A stretch of 62,151 nt of DNA, filler included, from Polymyxa betae A26-41 (lineage: Eukaryota > Protista > Endomyxa: Phytomyxea): assembly GCA_003693705.1 (NCBI GenBank). It is 4 parts of 4 records of this genome, joined end to end, with 100 filler letters (N's around TTAATTAATTAA, not from the genome) between each part and the next. Parts side by side here need not be neighbours in the genome. Positions count along the whole stretch, not along the records: positions 30,481 to 54,016 come from RBZT01000804.1; 3 more parts are not named here. One strand, given 5' to 3'. Below the pieces are notes generated by a model. It was not told the DNA's origin and did not search any database. It saw only the letters and a program-made list of their open reading frames with translations. This document shows positions 35,008-47,700 of this stretch, piece by piece. The translations under genes and the position numbers were made by a program. Positions within the stretch are counted from its first letter, which is position 1, and every line of letters starts with the position of its first letter.

Positions 35008-38000
35008 TTATGTCCTGGGTAACGGGCTAACACGACGCGGCCGCACAGGCCCGGATCCGCCCGTGCGGAACCCGGCCTGGCTGTTGACGTCGACGACCGA
35101 GGCCGAGCGCAGGACTTGGGTAACGGGGGGCGGCCCCGGGGTCCGACGAGCCGCCACGGCGCCGCCGCCTGACGTGGCCGGACAGTATTTGCCCGCCAGG
35201 CCCTGGTCCCGGTTCTGCAGCTCGAGCTTATAGAAGCGGATCTCATTGGCCAACTGTTCGGCAGCGGATTCGGTGCGGGAGGCCTCTACCTCGAGCTCAC
35301 GGATTCGTTCGCGGTCCTCGGTTCGTGCGTCCTTCTCGCCGTGTACCGCCTCCAGCCTGAGCGCCACGCAAAACATCAGCCAAACTTGATACATGAGATC
35401 GGCCATCGCGAAGGCAATTTGCAAACAGTAGAAAATTTACAAAGACAATCGCGATTACAAAATTCAAAACAATGAAGAGTTTTGCAATTTTTGTTTTTTT
35501 CAGAAAAAATCAAGAAATATAATTTTGGTCGGAAAAACAGCTTAACGACTTTTCCTGCAGTTTGCGGAGTTTTCGTGCACCACGACTGCGTTCTCGGTCG
35601 AGTGCGTGCCCCTGCTGCTCGATGACTTCGGACAGGTCGCGATTCCTGCGCTCGAAGTCCGCCAGACGTGTGCGGGCGTGTTGTTCGGCCTCCGTCAGGG
35701 CGCGTTCATGGTCGCGCTGCGCCCGATCTCGTTCTGGGCACGAAAATCAGTCCGCAATTGGCAATGTGCAGCGATCACGTTACCGGCATGGGCCTGGGCC
35801 AGCTCGACCTGTCGCGAGTCCAATTGTAATTGTAACGTGTTTCGTTCGCGTTCCAGGACGGCGTACTGCGCGCGACAATCTGCCAAGATGCGTTCGCGTT
35901 CGGACTGAAATTCGGACTTCAACGTTTCAATCTGCTCCGTGACAGCGTAGAGTTCGCCCTGGGCCGTGGCGCGCTCCGATTGTAACAGCTCGGTAGTGTC
36001 AGTGGCATGACGCTCACGGAGTTGACGAAGTTCGGCCTCGTGCACCTCCCGAGCCCGTTCCAATTGATCCTGGAAACGTTACATTCAGCGTGCGAAAAGT
36101 GAACAATGCCGCTGCCAGGCGGACCTGTGCCATTTGCGTTACCGCCCGAGTCGCATCCTCGGACGCCGTCAGTAACGAAGAGCGTAGTTCCGACAATCGC
36201 TGCTCTAAAACTTTCTTAGCGCGGGCTTCGGCTTCAACAACAGCTTTTTCCGCACTAAGAACAAAGTTAGGGCAAGTAACGTAAATCATTGAAACGTTAC
36301 TCGGTCTGGCTTTGCAGGCAAGCGGCACGGCATTGAGCACGGACTTTCTCCAGGTCGGTCTCGACCTCGACCTGGGCCGCGTGTAAGTCCCGTTCGTAAC
36401 GTTGCTGTGCGTCCGCGGCATCCGCAAGTGCGCGATCCAACTGCGTCATAGTGCGCTCATGCAGAGCCCGACTCGACTGCAGATCCGCCTCCAGACGCCG
36501 AACGGACTCCGCCATCTGTTCCCGGGCCTATAACAATGTTAACGATACATCATGTCGTTACCAATCACGTTACTTGTAACGATTCGTTCTGGAGCTGTGC
36601 CAGTCGCGCATTAAGTTCATCAACGATGGCGCAGTGATCACGTTCGCAACGTTGCACCTGCACCTGGAACAGTTCCCGTTCGGCCTCACGAACTGCACAT
36701 ACGGCCTCCGCCAGGCGCTGCTGGGCGTCGACCTTGTGCGCCTCCAACGCATCCACAGCGGAGGCAAACTTGGCCCGGAGCTCGGCCTCGTCGGCCTTGG
36801 CACGGTTCAACTGACCACGGAGTTCGGCCAAACCCGTCCGCATCCGTTCATGTTCGGACAGAGACCGCGCACGCTCCTCGGACCACGCCTGCCGCTCCGA
36901 CATGAATTTCGTCTCGCAATCTACATCGAACACGTTACCAAAACAACACCCTGTAACGTTGCCACATTGTCGGACCTCGGAGGCAGCGATCCAGCGCCTC
37001 TTGTAGAGTCCGCGGATCACATTGATGCTGCAGATCACGGACTTTCGTCTCCAAGTCCGCAGCCCGCTGCTCGGCCTCGGCCACAAACAGCTCGTGCTGT
37101 TCCCGTGACTGCTGAAGCTCGGAGGCATGTGCGCGTTCCAGCTGGGCTTCCGCCTCCTTTTGTTGCTGCCGCATGTCCTCGAAACGGCGGTCGTACTCGC
37201 CCTCGCGCCTCTCGATCCACAAGGACTGCTCCTGATCGAGCTCGGCGCGTAATGACTCGAGACGTTCCAGCCAGAGATGTTCGCTACGGACTTGCGCACG
37301 CCGTAGCTGGTCGGTCTCACGGCGTTCCTCGCCGAGACGGCGCTCAGACTGTTGGAGCGAGCGTTCCAGGTCACGGACTCGGCCACGCATCGATTGGAGT
37401 TCGTCGTCGGCGTCGTCGCGTTCGTCCAGCTGCGCTTGTAGCGTGCCTATGTTGGACTGTAATCTGCGGACTCTACGTTCGGTCTAATCAAAAGGCCGTG
37501 AATGTGTTGAGATGGACCTGACATACCGATGCTCGGCCGCCTGGCTGCGCGCCACCGCATCGGTGGCTACGTCGCGTAACGCTATCATAAGACCACGCTG
37601 TTCCCGAATGTAACGTAATTGTGTGTCGTCACGTTCCCAGTAACGTTGCAGCGCTGCGATCGAGTCACGTTTCGCCTGTTCGTTCAGCTCCATATCCGCC
37701 TGTAACTGGCGGTAATGTTTTGCCATGAGCATATCGGCATCGGACATCTCCGTGACAGTTCGTGGTAACATGACAACAGCCGATCGCTTTTTGACAACTC
37801 GCGACATGTGACGTTGCAGTATGGCAGCGTACAGAGACATTTGTTCCCTTTCGCGATCTCGCTCCGATTGCGCTTCGAACAACAGAGACTGGAACGATGT
37901 CACACAAACACCGTGATTGAAACGTAGATGTCACGATACCTGAAACCGTTCCGCATCCGGATCCGGCCCGGAAACAACCGAGACGATTCGCGGCATGGTC

Positions 38001-38176
38001 CGTGACTGGATCTGTTCCAGGCGGCGTGCGAACGCCACCTTCACCTGACGGACATCACGTTTCAGCTGCGACAGACAAGCAGCGATGCCGCGCTGGCCCT
38101 CGGGTCGGAGGTTGTCCAGCGCATGCAGGGCTGCGCGCAACTCGTCGAACGTCGTATCGGTGACGAGCGAGGTCAT
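35008..38176 (-). CDS. Multi-exon long coiled-coil protein
   Basis: Series of E/R/Q/A/L-rich exons joined by short GT-AG introns (e.g. 37889-37939, several GTAACG donors); ATG at 38176, stop at 35008. Family not identified. Confidence 0.8.
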
Positions 38177-38262
38177 CGAGTACGCCCCGAACGATCCTCA
38201 CACCAATAAATATCCAGTACGACCTACTGACCGCGGAAGCGTATGATGATGATGATGGCTGT

Positions 38263-40156
38263 TTAGTAGGGGTGGAAGCGGTCGCGGGCGGTCCGATCGA
38301 GCCAGGTGTCCAGTACGGCGCGGTAATGGTCGACGAGAGCGGATTGCGGGTTGGCGGAGAGCGTGGCGGCATCGAGTGACAGAATGCGATCTAGATGAGA
38401 TCGGGTGCTCGGGGTGTCTTTGACAAGGAGGATGGAGGCAGGAGGGCCTTGCTGAAATGATAGCGATGGGATCCCGTCTGGGTACGATTGGAATGCGGAC
38501 TTCTTCGAGAGGAGTTCGTTGCCAGGCCTCGTCAGTCTACACAAACGAATCAGACGCGAAATCGAACAGCAGAAAGAACGAAAGGATCAAGACTAAAAAC
38601 TGAATGAAATTTCCAGTCAACAAATAAAGAGCAAAATTTGGGAGATTTTGTAAAAAAGCAAAGTCGAAAATTATGGTTGGTACGATGGTGGCAAGTCAGG
38701 GGTCTGAAGATGTAAGCTAACAGGGGGCCGCATCGGAGTCGAGAAATTATCTGATGGATTCTGTGAAGGCGGTGGCTGCTGCTGAGGTGTATCGTCTTCG
38801 TCGGAGTCGTCCTGAAAGAAGCCATTTAAGATGCTGCGACGCAACGAAAGATGATGAGAAAAAATTCAGGTGGTGGAAAAGCAGATTGGAGATTGTCCAA
38901 AAATGAATAGAAATGTGTGACTACATAATTGAGACGATATGAATGCTTCTTGGAGATGCCGGACACTTTCTCCACCACGCCGAGCGCAACCAGCACGTTA
39001 ACGACGTCGTATAAGCGGCGAATACCTAAGAGCGAGCATCAGACAGCGAGTTTATGGTACAGGCCAATGCAATAAATGCAAAAAGCAAGAAAGTGAATAA
39101 TCAAAAGATGGAAGACAAAATCATGAAACAATTCAATCAGATCAAAAGAAGAGTTGGTGATAAACTATTGAATTTGGAAAACAGATTCCGGAAAAAATGA
39201 AGAACTTTCAAATAGATTACAATTTTTATAGGCGGTCATCTGTTCCGAATCGTTACGGATTGGGAACAATGCGCGCGCGAATTCCTCCAGCGTCGACATG
39301 TGCGTGTCCGACCAGAACAAGAATGCTATAAGAAAGTGAGAAATCAATGGTGGCAGCACGACCCGCGCCCGTTTACCGAGAAAACACATACAGAGGCGAC
39401 CAAGAGAATACGTTTTGCGTTCGGGGCCGTTACAATCCGCCATTAAGGTCTGCAACGTTTTCAATAAAAAAAAACAGAAAATCAATCCCCAAAAAATCGC
39501 AAGATGTTTTGGACATTGCCGAAAATTATGAAATTGAAAGTAATTCAAGAAAAAAGCTTTACGAACGGCCGTTAAGGAGGCGCTGATGGTTGCCGATTGT
39601 TCTCGAATCCGACGTAATGTTTGAGAGACATTCTTGGCCCCGTTGTAAACGTATGATGCCTTCTCTTTACGGGTTGTTGATCCGATGTTCTCCACTAGGC
39701 GATGGATTCGTCAACAGTAGTACAGCGCTTGGTAAAGAGAAAAATTAAGATTTGCTTGATAAATCAAGAAAAAAACGAAGACTGTCAATATCAATGAGCA
39801 AAGAAGCAGGAAAAGAGGGAGCGAAAAAAATTCAGGCTTCCATAATCATGAATGAAAATGATAAAAAAACATTACAGATATTGACGATATCGTAGAGGCG
39901 TCTCCTCGGAATCCCCATTTCCTATCAGATAAGATTGGATCCAGCAGGCCGACTAGCCAGAGAAGAAAACCTTCGAGAAGACGGTCAGATCGATAATCTG
40001 CACCGACTCCTGGACGCATTTTGCCAGGAACCGGGTCGTCAAGATCGCAAGCGACCGCTCCTTGCGTCGATACTTGCTGGACGACGTCGACGGCCAGTCT
40101 TTCATGGGGCGGATGCTGCCGCCGGTCTCGTCCGACGCTGCCACCGGCCCATCCAT
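38263..40156 (-). CDS. Atypical E2F transcription factor with two DNA-binding domains (E2F7/8, DEL-type)
   Basis: Spliced DBD1: YRRKERSLAILTTRFL...EMGIPRRRLYDIVNILENIG. DBD2: KTYSLGRLCMCFL...IRRLYDVVNVLVALGVVEKV. Confidence 0.9.
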
Positions 40157-41967
40157 CCAGGTCTATCTCCCTTCGCCCAGCCAACCAAATTATGAAAGAC
40201 AGCGATGAAGAGAGAGACGCCCCAAATCTCTCTTAAAGAAGACCCCAATGCCCCAAACAGGGCGGCGGACACCGGGCTGCGCTAATGTCTGATTTTTTTC
40301 TCAAATTTTTCATAAAAGTTTTCTGTTCGCTGTCTATAATCGAGTTGCCCCTTCCAGATAGCTTCATTTCCGCATTTCGCATCTGGCGGGTGAGACCTGC
40401 TGGCGGTCAAAGCCTTCTATCTACATCTGAGCAACATATGGGCCATTGTCGGCGTCCCATTATTGATCTGCATGGCTAGCTCCATACACATTCAAATATG
40501 GGATGCTTCTGCCATTCTGTAATGTTCTCGCGGGATCGTATGTTCGTAGCAGTTATGGCCGACGAAGAATGGCTCTTTTGCGGTGCTGGAATCGTCACCA
40601 CCGCAAACAAACTGTTTTAAATCGAAACTAATGACTTTCTATCTTGTAGAACGGTTGCTTTGAGCAATACATATTTTGAATCTTATTCTACCTACAGAGC
40701 GAGTTTTCCATTTTTTATCTTTCGTTTTTTGTTCGTCTCTGTTACAGTATTCTGTGTGCTTTCACAAAATTAGAGATGGGTTTCTCGGTTTCAAGACGAA
40801 GACCAGGATGTTGCCCTCGGCGTCCTCGGAAGTAATCGAGATTTTCCGGGAGACCATACGGCCCGATTTCAACGTGACCGAGTTTTGTTTGATCTCAACT
40901 CTGTGTTAAAATACGGAATGTCGATGGGAATAATTTTCTTCAGTCGGCTTCAGCGAATATATTGATTCACAGCAGCCCTAAAACTCCGAGTCCGGATGGT
41001 CTCCACTCTCCAGAGGTCTGCGCCCTGTTTCTGGCTCCATCCTTCATGATTGCTGGCAATAAACTCATATTCCGTCTGGAATAGTTTCACAAGAAAGTAT
41101 TCTGCGAGAAGATTTCGTTCTGGATTAAGTTCACTGACATATTCTGCAATCAAGAATATTTTTCCATATTTTTGTACCAACAGCAAAACATTGGCTGTTC
41201 TATTAATTCGGACATCGGATTGAATGAGGACTTCTCGAATGTGCACGTTGAACGCATTCCCGTGAAAGAAATTCGCTCTGGTTACGGCGCTTACCTGTCG
41301 AAGGCAAATTTCAACGGAGAACTTGTAACAGAACAACTGAACTTGAATGAGCGTTAAGGCCATGAATTGTGAATACGAAAGATGTTGGGAAACGGGAAAG
41401 GCTCTTGCTAATCTAGATGATATTCTTCTAAGAGTGATGTCCATACTATCCGGGAGGTCAAGTTATCTTGTCATATTTTCAAAGGTCACATTCTATTAAT
41501 ACGTGATTGTCGTCCTATAGCCAAGTCAATATCATTCGCGTCTTATTTATTGGAGTATAATGACAGCATCCAGACAATTATTATACTGTGAGCTGATGGG
41601 TGATGTTAACATCATTCTCGTTATAAGAATGAAAGTCATGGGCTATAGCCGCAGACACCTCATTGCATGACGGCGGATGCTACGAACATCTACTGCAAGC
41701 AAACTCGGCGATCACAGGAGATCTACACACGATCTGGGCCAGCTAATGGGTGTCACAGATGACCCACAATAGCATGAAGAAGCTGTCCATTCGTTGCTGC
41801 AGGAATTCGACTGTTCAACAGTACTTTAATTCAGACGCGATTGGCGGACACTTTAAACCCCATTGCTATGCCCCCGGGTTGGGAAGGTGCCGTACTACCC
41901 CCATTCTTCATCCAGCTGCCAAGACCAAGAGGTTGCGTTTTCAAGAGCCCGCGACCCCAAGTGGCCC

Positions 41968-42156
41968 TGTGAGATGATTACCTTTGAAACGAAGCGATGA
42001 GCGGGAAGGAACACACGCGTTATGAAGATAGAAACAGGACAACAGGCCACGGAACTGTCAGATAACGATCACGATCAGGCACCACGGGTACGCCGTGCTG
42101 GACTGTCAATTGTGTCCTCAGGGTTTAGGGTTTTGGGGTTGTGGAGTGATACGACA
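41968..42156 (-). mobile_element. LTR-like copy of the telomere-repeat LTR family
   Basis: TG...CA ends, gggtttagggttttgggg next to an imperfect terminal hairpin, shared gaaacaggac block. No TSD. Confidence 0.55.
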
Positions 42157-44399
42157 CTTCTCCCTCGCCGAATGAGATGTTGGCTGAGATTGGAGCCGAA
42201 TCCAGTTGTCACGAACTACCTGCTGGTGATCGATGTTTGAAGGCGGTTTCCCGTAGAAGTCGTCAGCGAAATTAAGGATCGATTAAGCGAGGCCAATTTT
42301 CAAAGAAGTCTATCTAAGAAAAAGCCAAAAACTGATTGAGTCGGAATCTGATCTTCTGTAGTGTAAAGGTGGATAGATTGTCATGACCAAAGTAGTGAAT
42401 GAACAACGATGTGGAAACGAGCCAGGCTTCGAGATCCAGCTCCAGTATTATATCTTTAGAGTCTTCCGCGATTATATTGTGCGCATCAACTCTCCTTTGC
42501 AACATTCAGAGAGCTCGAACTCGTTCAGGAAGGGTTAGTAGATGCCGACATGAATCTCAACTGGAGAGTGCTGCCATCAGCGAGGCGACTTTTCATATAA
42601 ATCTATCAGAATAAAAGCCAAAATTGCACGCACTTCTGATTGGGTCTGAATCTGAGGGGTACTTCATAAGTAGAATATTATGTCCCGCGATGTAGAGCAG
42701 GACAAATTCTTCTTACCCGCAGTTTGTCCCGAGGAGATTCTTGATCATGCCGATGTTAAGTACCTGAATTGCTCGCCGGGCCTTTTAGAATGAAGACTTT
42801 TTGGAACTGGCAAAAACATTGGCCTCAAGTTTCATCGAAGTAATTCTTTCTCAATATTCTACTATTCAATAATCTGTCGCCAATTGCGATTGTGAAATGC
42901 TCGAATTGTTTTGCAGATCAACCAGTTAATCGTCCAACTTCTAACGAATTGACGATATAAATTTCGTGGTGTCCTGTAATTTTTTATCAAAGCCGCGAAT
43001 AGTATAACCATAGACTCGGCCGGAATCGAACTTGGACTTTGCGATTTGCCTGATCAATTGGCTATCACTGATTCGTTTTGCAAAGCTATAGAATTGGAAT
43101 TCAAAGAGGGTTTTTCCGAAGAACCGCAAAACGCTTCTAAGCTGAAAACTGGTAAGGAGATGCCTTGACACTATAAAAGCGGATTTCTGCAAAAATGTTC
43201 CGGACATCTGCAAAATTGTTCCAAAACAAACACAAAAGCAAGTGTAGCAACGTATGGGAGCGACTCGAAAGGAAATTTGGCCTTCGGTTTGACCTTTCGT
43301 TCGGCCTTCGGATTGGAATTGTGCGAGCACTTTTTTCCAGGCCATGTTATTGGCCTTCTGACCGCGATAACGGACCCTGTAGGTCCGTGGCGGCGTTCCC
43401 TCGACCCGCCTCACGATTTCTCAATTCAGATTCGAGGTTCTGGGGGGGTTGGCTTCAGAAGATGAACGTTGCTGTTTGCGCTTTCGTTGCAGCGATTGCG
43501 ATCTTCTTCACCTTGCTGTATAGAATCCCGGCTGGTACTGTACGACCATTGCCTTACGTTTCAATTGCTGACGTGAATTCAATCAGAACTGCCAAATGAT
43601 CAAGATCAACCAGCCGGTAAGGGCTCTGTAGATCTGTGAAATGTTTTGCCTAATCATGCTGTAGCAGTGCTACAACAGCTCAATGAAGCCGATTTTCATC
43701 AGGAATTCGTTACCGCCGCTCATACTGTAGAGTGTAATGTTACCGCAGTCGTTTGATCTCCAACATTAACTGACAGAACGTGTAGATAATCACGTCGCAC
43801 TGCCCCATCCGCCCCATGAGAGCCGGTTTGTGAGGAAAACGTCCTGCTTTTGCCTCGTTTGGTTGGTAATCCTCACCACGATGTCATTGGCGGTTTTCGC
43901 CGATTACAATCAGCGTCACAAGAATGAAGGCAACTTCCTGTAAACTGAATATGGAATCTCTGCTCAACAAACATGCTCAATGTTTGTTGATTTCCACTGT
44001 ATATATAAATACATCATTTTTAGCAATCAGCTTTAAACAACATTGCCTGTGATGTTAGAGAGCTGTTGCTGCCAATTCACGTATTAACAAGAAAAGTCAT
44101 ATTCTTGTAAGTTCAAGAAAGTAACAACTTCTCTCCGAAGAGAATTTTAGATTGATAGACTGTTGACAGATACCTAGACGATAAACTACAGAAAAGATGC
44201 ATCTTTGATTGGAATTGTTTCATTCGAAGAAGAAAACTGAACAATTTATAGATTACGAACATATATTAAGACAGAAAGATTACAGAATCACTGTTACGTC
44301 AAGAAATTGTTATTTAGACGCTTGAAGTTATGGCTATGAGCCTCGCGATACTTCTCTTCCAGCAGGTGCAGCAGATCGAGTTTCTGCAGTTTAGATTGT

Positions 44400-44590
44400 G
44401 GTACAGTACATAGTCGGGAAGTTCCCATCAGTATCAGCCTTCATCTTCTCGAAATTTCGATCGAGCTGCTGATGCCATGCGTACAGGACCGAGAGCTGGA
44501 AAGCGAACGCCGAGCTGCCCATAGCCTAGCGCAATAACAGAAACCCAGAATAAAGGTGCCAGATTGAACTATGGCAGACAGCGGGACATG
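44400..44590 (-). pseudogene. Possible pseudogene of a small single-TM protein
   Basis: MSRCLP*FNL|AMGSSAFAFQLSVLYAWHQQLDRNFEKMK recalls a small eukaryotic protein with an FQ..VLY.WH..L motif (from memory, unverified). Confidence 0.35.
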
Positions 44591-47419
44591 TTGCTGCCCA
44601 GTACGACATGGTTAAGACGAGAGAAGCTCAGCGATCATCAGATGGCGTCAAAGGAGTTCAAAACTGCGCCACTGACGCAGTTTGTCACAGAGTCGCGCAG
44701 ATTTCTTGCCGCGGCCTTCAGCCATGACAGATAGAGAGAGAGACGATAGCGGATGGTGATGATGGCACGATCCGCATGGCACGGAAGTCGGCGTGCCAGG
44801 GCATGAAGACTTCCGAATCCATTATTTCCTGTCTGACACAATACGAAACGCTCTAGATCAGACGTTCTGGTCTCCGGCCATGCTCGAAGGGTTTCGGACC
44901 ATTAGATATATCTGCCTTTTTGACTTATTGTATTTTACATTCCGTTTAAGTCCAAAATCTGTTATCATCAGCTTCGATTTCTTCGAGGCCGAAATATGAA
45001 ATAAACCATTCCGGTTTCTGGCTGAAAGTGAACCTCGGATTCTCAAATAAGGTCAAAGCATCTTAAGAATATAAAGCCATCAGTGACGATACAATCCGTT
45101 GATCGAACCGCGGGAAATCGCTATCTTGAACAGATTCGGTTTCGATCAGGTCGACAGCTGTCCTGCTGGATCTACAATGAGGTCACTTCCCACGAGAATA
45201 ACTCGGATTGATGTTTTGAGATTATCACGAATTGTTGCTGGTAAGAAATAATCTTTTATTTTTCTCCATTTTTTTCAATGAAGGCATCAAATTGTTTTCA
45301 CAATTTTGGTGAAATATTTTGCAAAGAAAGCCCGATAACTGTTTTTATCATTAATCTGATCAAAGATAGATGAGCTCGACGTTTTCACACTTTCCGCAAT
45401 GCTTTTTCGAGAATCGAGTTCGAGACTTCCCACTTCCTATCATCATTTGATTTTGACCGCATTCTGGTTTTTGATAAGCTGGAGATCTCTCACGCTCTAT
45501 CATCATCTTTGAAAGGAAATTTGGGCCAATATGCCCGGAAGGTTCCGGCAGTCTGCCATATCACGTTTCTGAGATTGGTTTTAAAGCGATCAACACTCAG
45601 AGAATATTGTCGCTGTTGTTGGTCTTCTCACAGGGCGAGCACGACCGCGCGGTTTGCGAGCTCCGTTCAGAATAAACCCAGAGATGATGCTGATGGTGAG
45701 GATCTCGATCACCAGTCCAATCACATCGGAAATCTTGACGGTCGCCGCCATCCTCACATTCAGCTTTCGCTCCACTCACGGCGGTTCAGTACGGCCTGGT
45801 TCCATTTTTTGTTGACGTTAATGGACATTGGGCGGCCCGGTGAAGGAAGTATCACAGCGAAAGGTCCAGCGTGAGTGCTGATGGGCGGCGGCGGTCAACT
45901 GAAGCGTTGACGAGATCGATTTCGACAGCAATTTCAACCTGAATTGGAAATTAGATCTGATGAAGCATGAAAGTTAGCGATTTCAGAGGAAACCTTTTAA
46001 ACAAAACAAATTCCAGAGGTCAACAATGAGTCAATGAGGTTCATGATTTCGCAGAGAATTTCTGAAAATCAAAGAAAGATACTTAAAAATTAAATGAAAA
46101 TTCTCATAAGCAGATTTTGGGGAAAAAATTCAAAGCAAAAAGCTGAATGTTTGCAATTTTGAGAAATGTTGAGCCAAAAGATATTTGGGCCTTCAGTCGT
46201 CGATTTCAGCTGGCTATAGTGAATCCGGAATCCTAGCGAATAACGCTCCGAACGGTCGAAGTCAATTCTCGGCTCGCCTCTGCATTCGTCTGGAAGTTCT
46301 TAACCCTGCTGGTTTCACCATTGTTATCAATGAACTCTACAAGAAGCATCTAATCGATGTCATTAATCGCAAGCTGTATCAAATCAAGCCAAGATCGACT
46401 CATTTGCGAAAGCATTCACGAATTTGTCGACACTGCCGAAGTCGGCATCCCAAGACCTTTCAAACATCATCGTATAGAGAAGCGTTTCGTCGACCACGTC
46501 GTTAGGAATCTGAAAGAGATCGGGGACGGCATGCTAGACATGGAATCGGGCAGAACAATTTAAGCTGTGTCGAGATCGAAGTTGGCCGTTCCTATAGAAA
46601 TTGCACTCCAATCTATGATACTCGAAAACGCTGACGAGACGATGGCTAGAAATTGCGAACTGTTTATTTCCGACATTTGTAGAACAACGACACTACCCAT
46701 TGGAAGGTTCCAAACTCCGCAACGGTGAAGCGCCACGGAACTGTGGAACCTAATGTTGGAAAGTTCCAACAGTTCCTTCTCTTGAGTCACCTCAGGAGAG
46801 AATCCACAAGATTGTTAGCATGCTTTCGTAACTGAATCTCCGATTACGAAGACGTCAGAATCGTCTTCTGAGCGTCTTAAGCAATTGATATCAACGCTTA
46901 AGTCTCCTCAGCATCTTATGAAGTTGCAGATGCTCCGGGAGCAGCTAGGCGATCATATTCAGCTTCCATCGTCGGAGCCGGATTGATCCAGTATCAATTT
47001 GGTCGAGTTTTCTGCACCATGGCCAATGATTTAGGAGTGCTACGAATCGAACCCCAGGCTGCAATTGATACTGCGGAATGGGAGAGCACGGGCGATACTC
47101 AGTCTGTAGTCTCGTGTAATCCATGTTAGCGCAGTTTGTGCGGTTTCGGTCAGATCAGATATCTGTTAAGGGTGGGAATGTGTCAATGTATAGGATGAGA
47201 GGAAAATGATGATGCGACATTAACTTACCAATAGCAAAATTGAATATCGAGCAGTCAATCGCTTCAAACGCGCATTTTTTAGACTGGAATTCGGTGGTCG
47301 CAGAGTCAGGGATAGGCGTGGGGAGGCTGTGCTGATTCAGGTTAGGCGTGAGCTGGGAATGATGGAAGCATCAAGCAATTGATATTTCGTTCACAATGTA
47401 ATTTCAAGTATGGTATCAA

Positions 47420-47700
47420 AATGACATGTCCTGGCACGCTTAAATACAGATAGCGGCAGCGGCGAGGCTGGCAAGGGGACGATTACAGTGGAGCGTCGTG
47501 CGACGCTCCAGTAACTCCGTCGTCTTTTCACTTGGCCATTGTCGCATGTAGAGAACTGCGTGCGGTCTGTCTGAGGGCTGCGCCAAAGAGGGCTGCGCGA
47601 ATCATCCTTCCCCTGTAGCTTTTGTTTACTTCCGGTCCTGGGCGCTCTGGGTTTGCTGCATGTACTCTTCGATTATATCTGATATCCATAAATCGCGACG
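47420..47700 (-). repeat. Dispersed repeat, inverted homolog of ~31330-31630
   Basis: Shared ggcacgcttaa, ttacagtgg-gcgtcg..cgacgctccagt hairpin and paired GGCTGCGC motifs. Confidence 0.7.

Noticed and set aside
36634-37521. 295-aa plus-strand ORF
   Set aside because: Antisense to the GC-rich coiled-coil gene.
41172-41450. Kinase N-lobe-like fragment (IRSGYGAYLSKANFNGELV)
   Set aside because: No VAVK/HRD/DFG motifs found; too weak to call.
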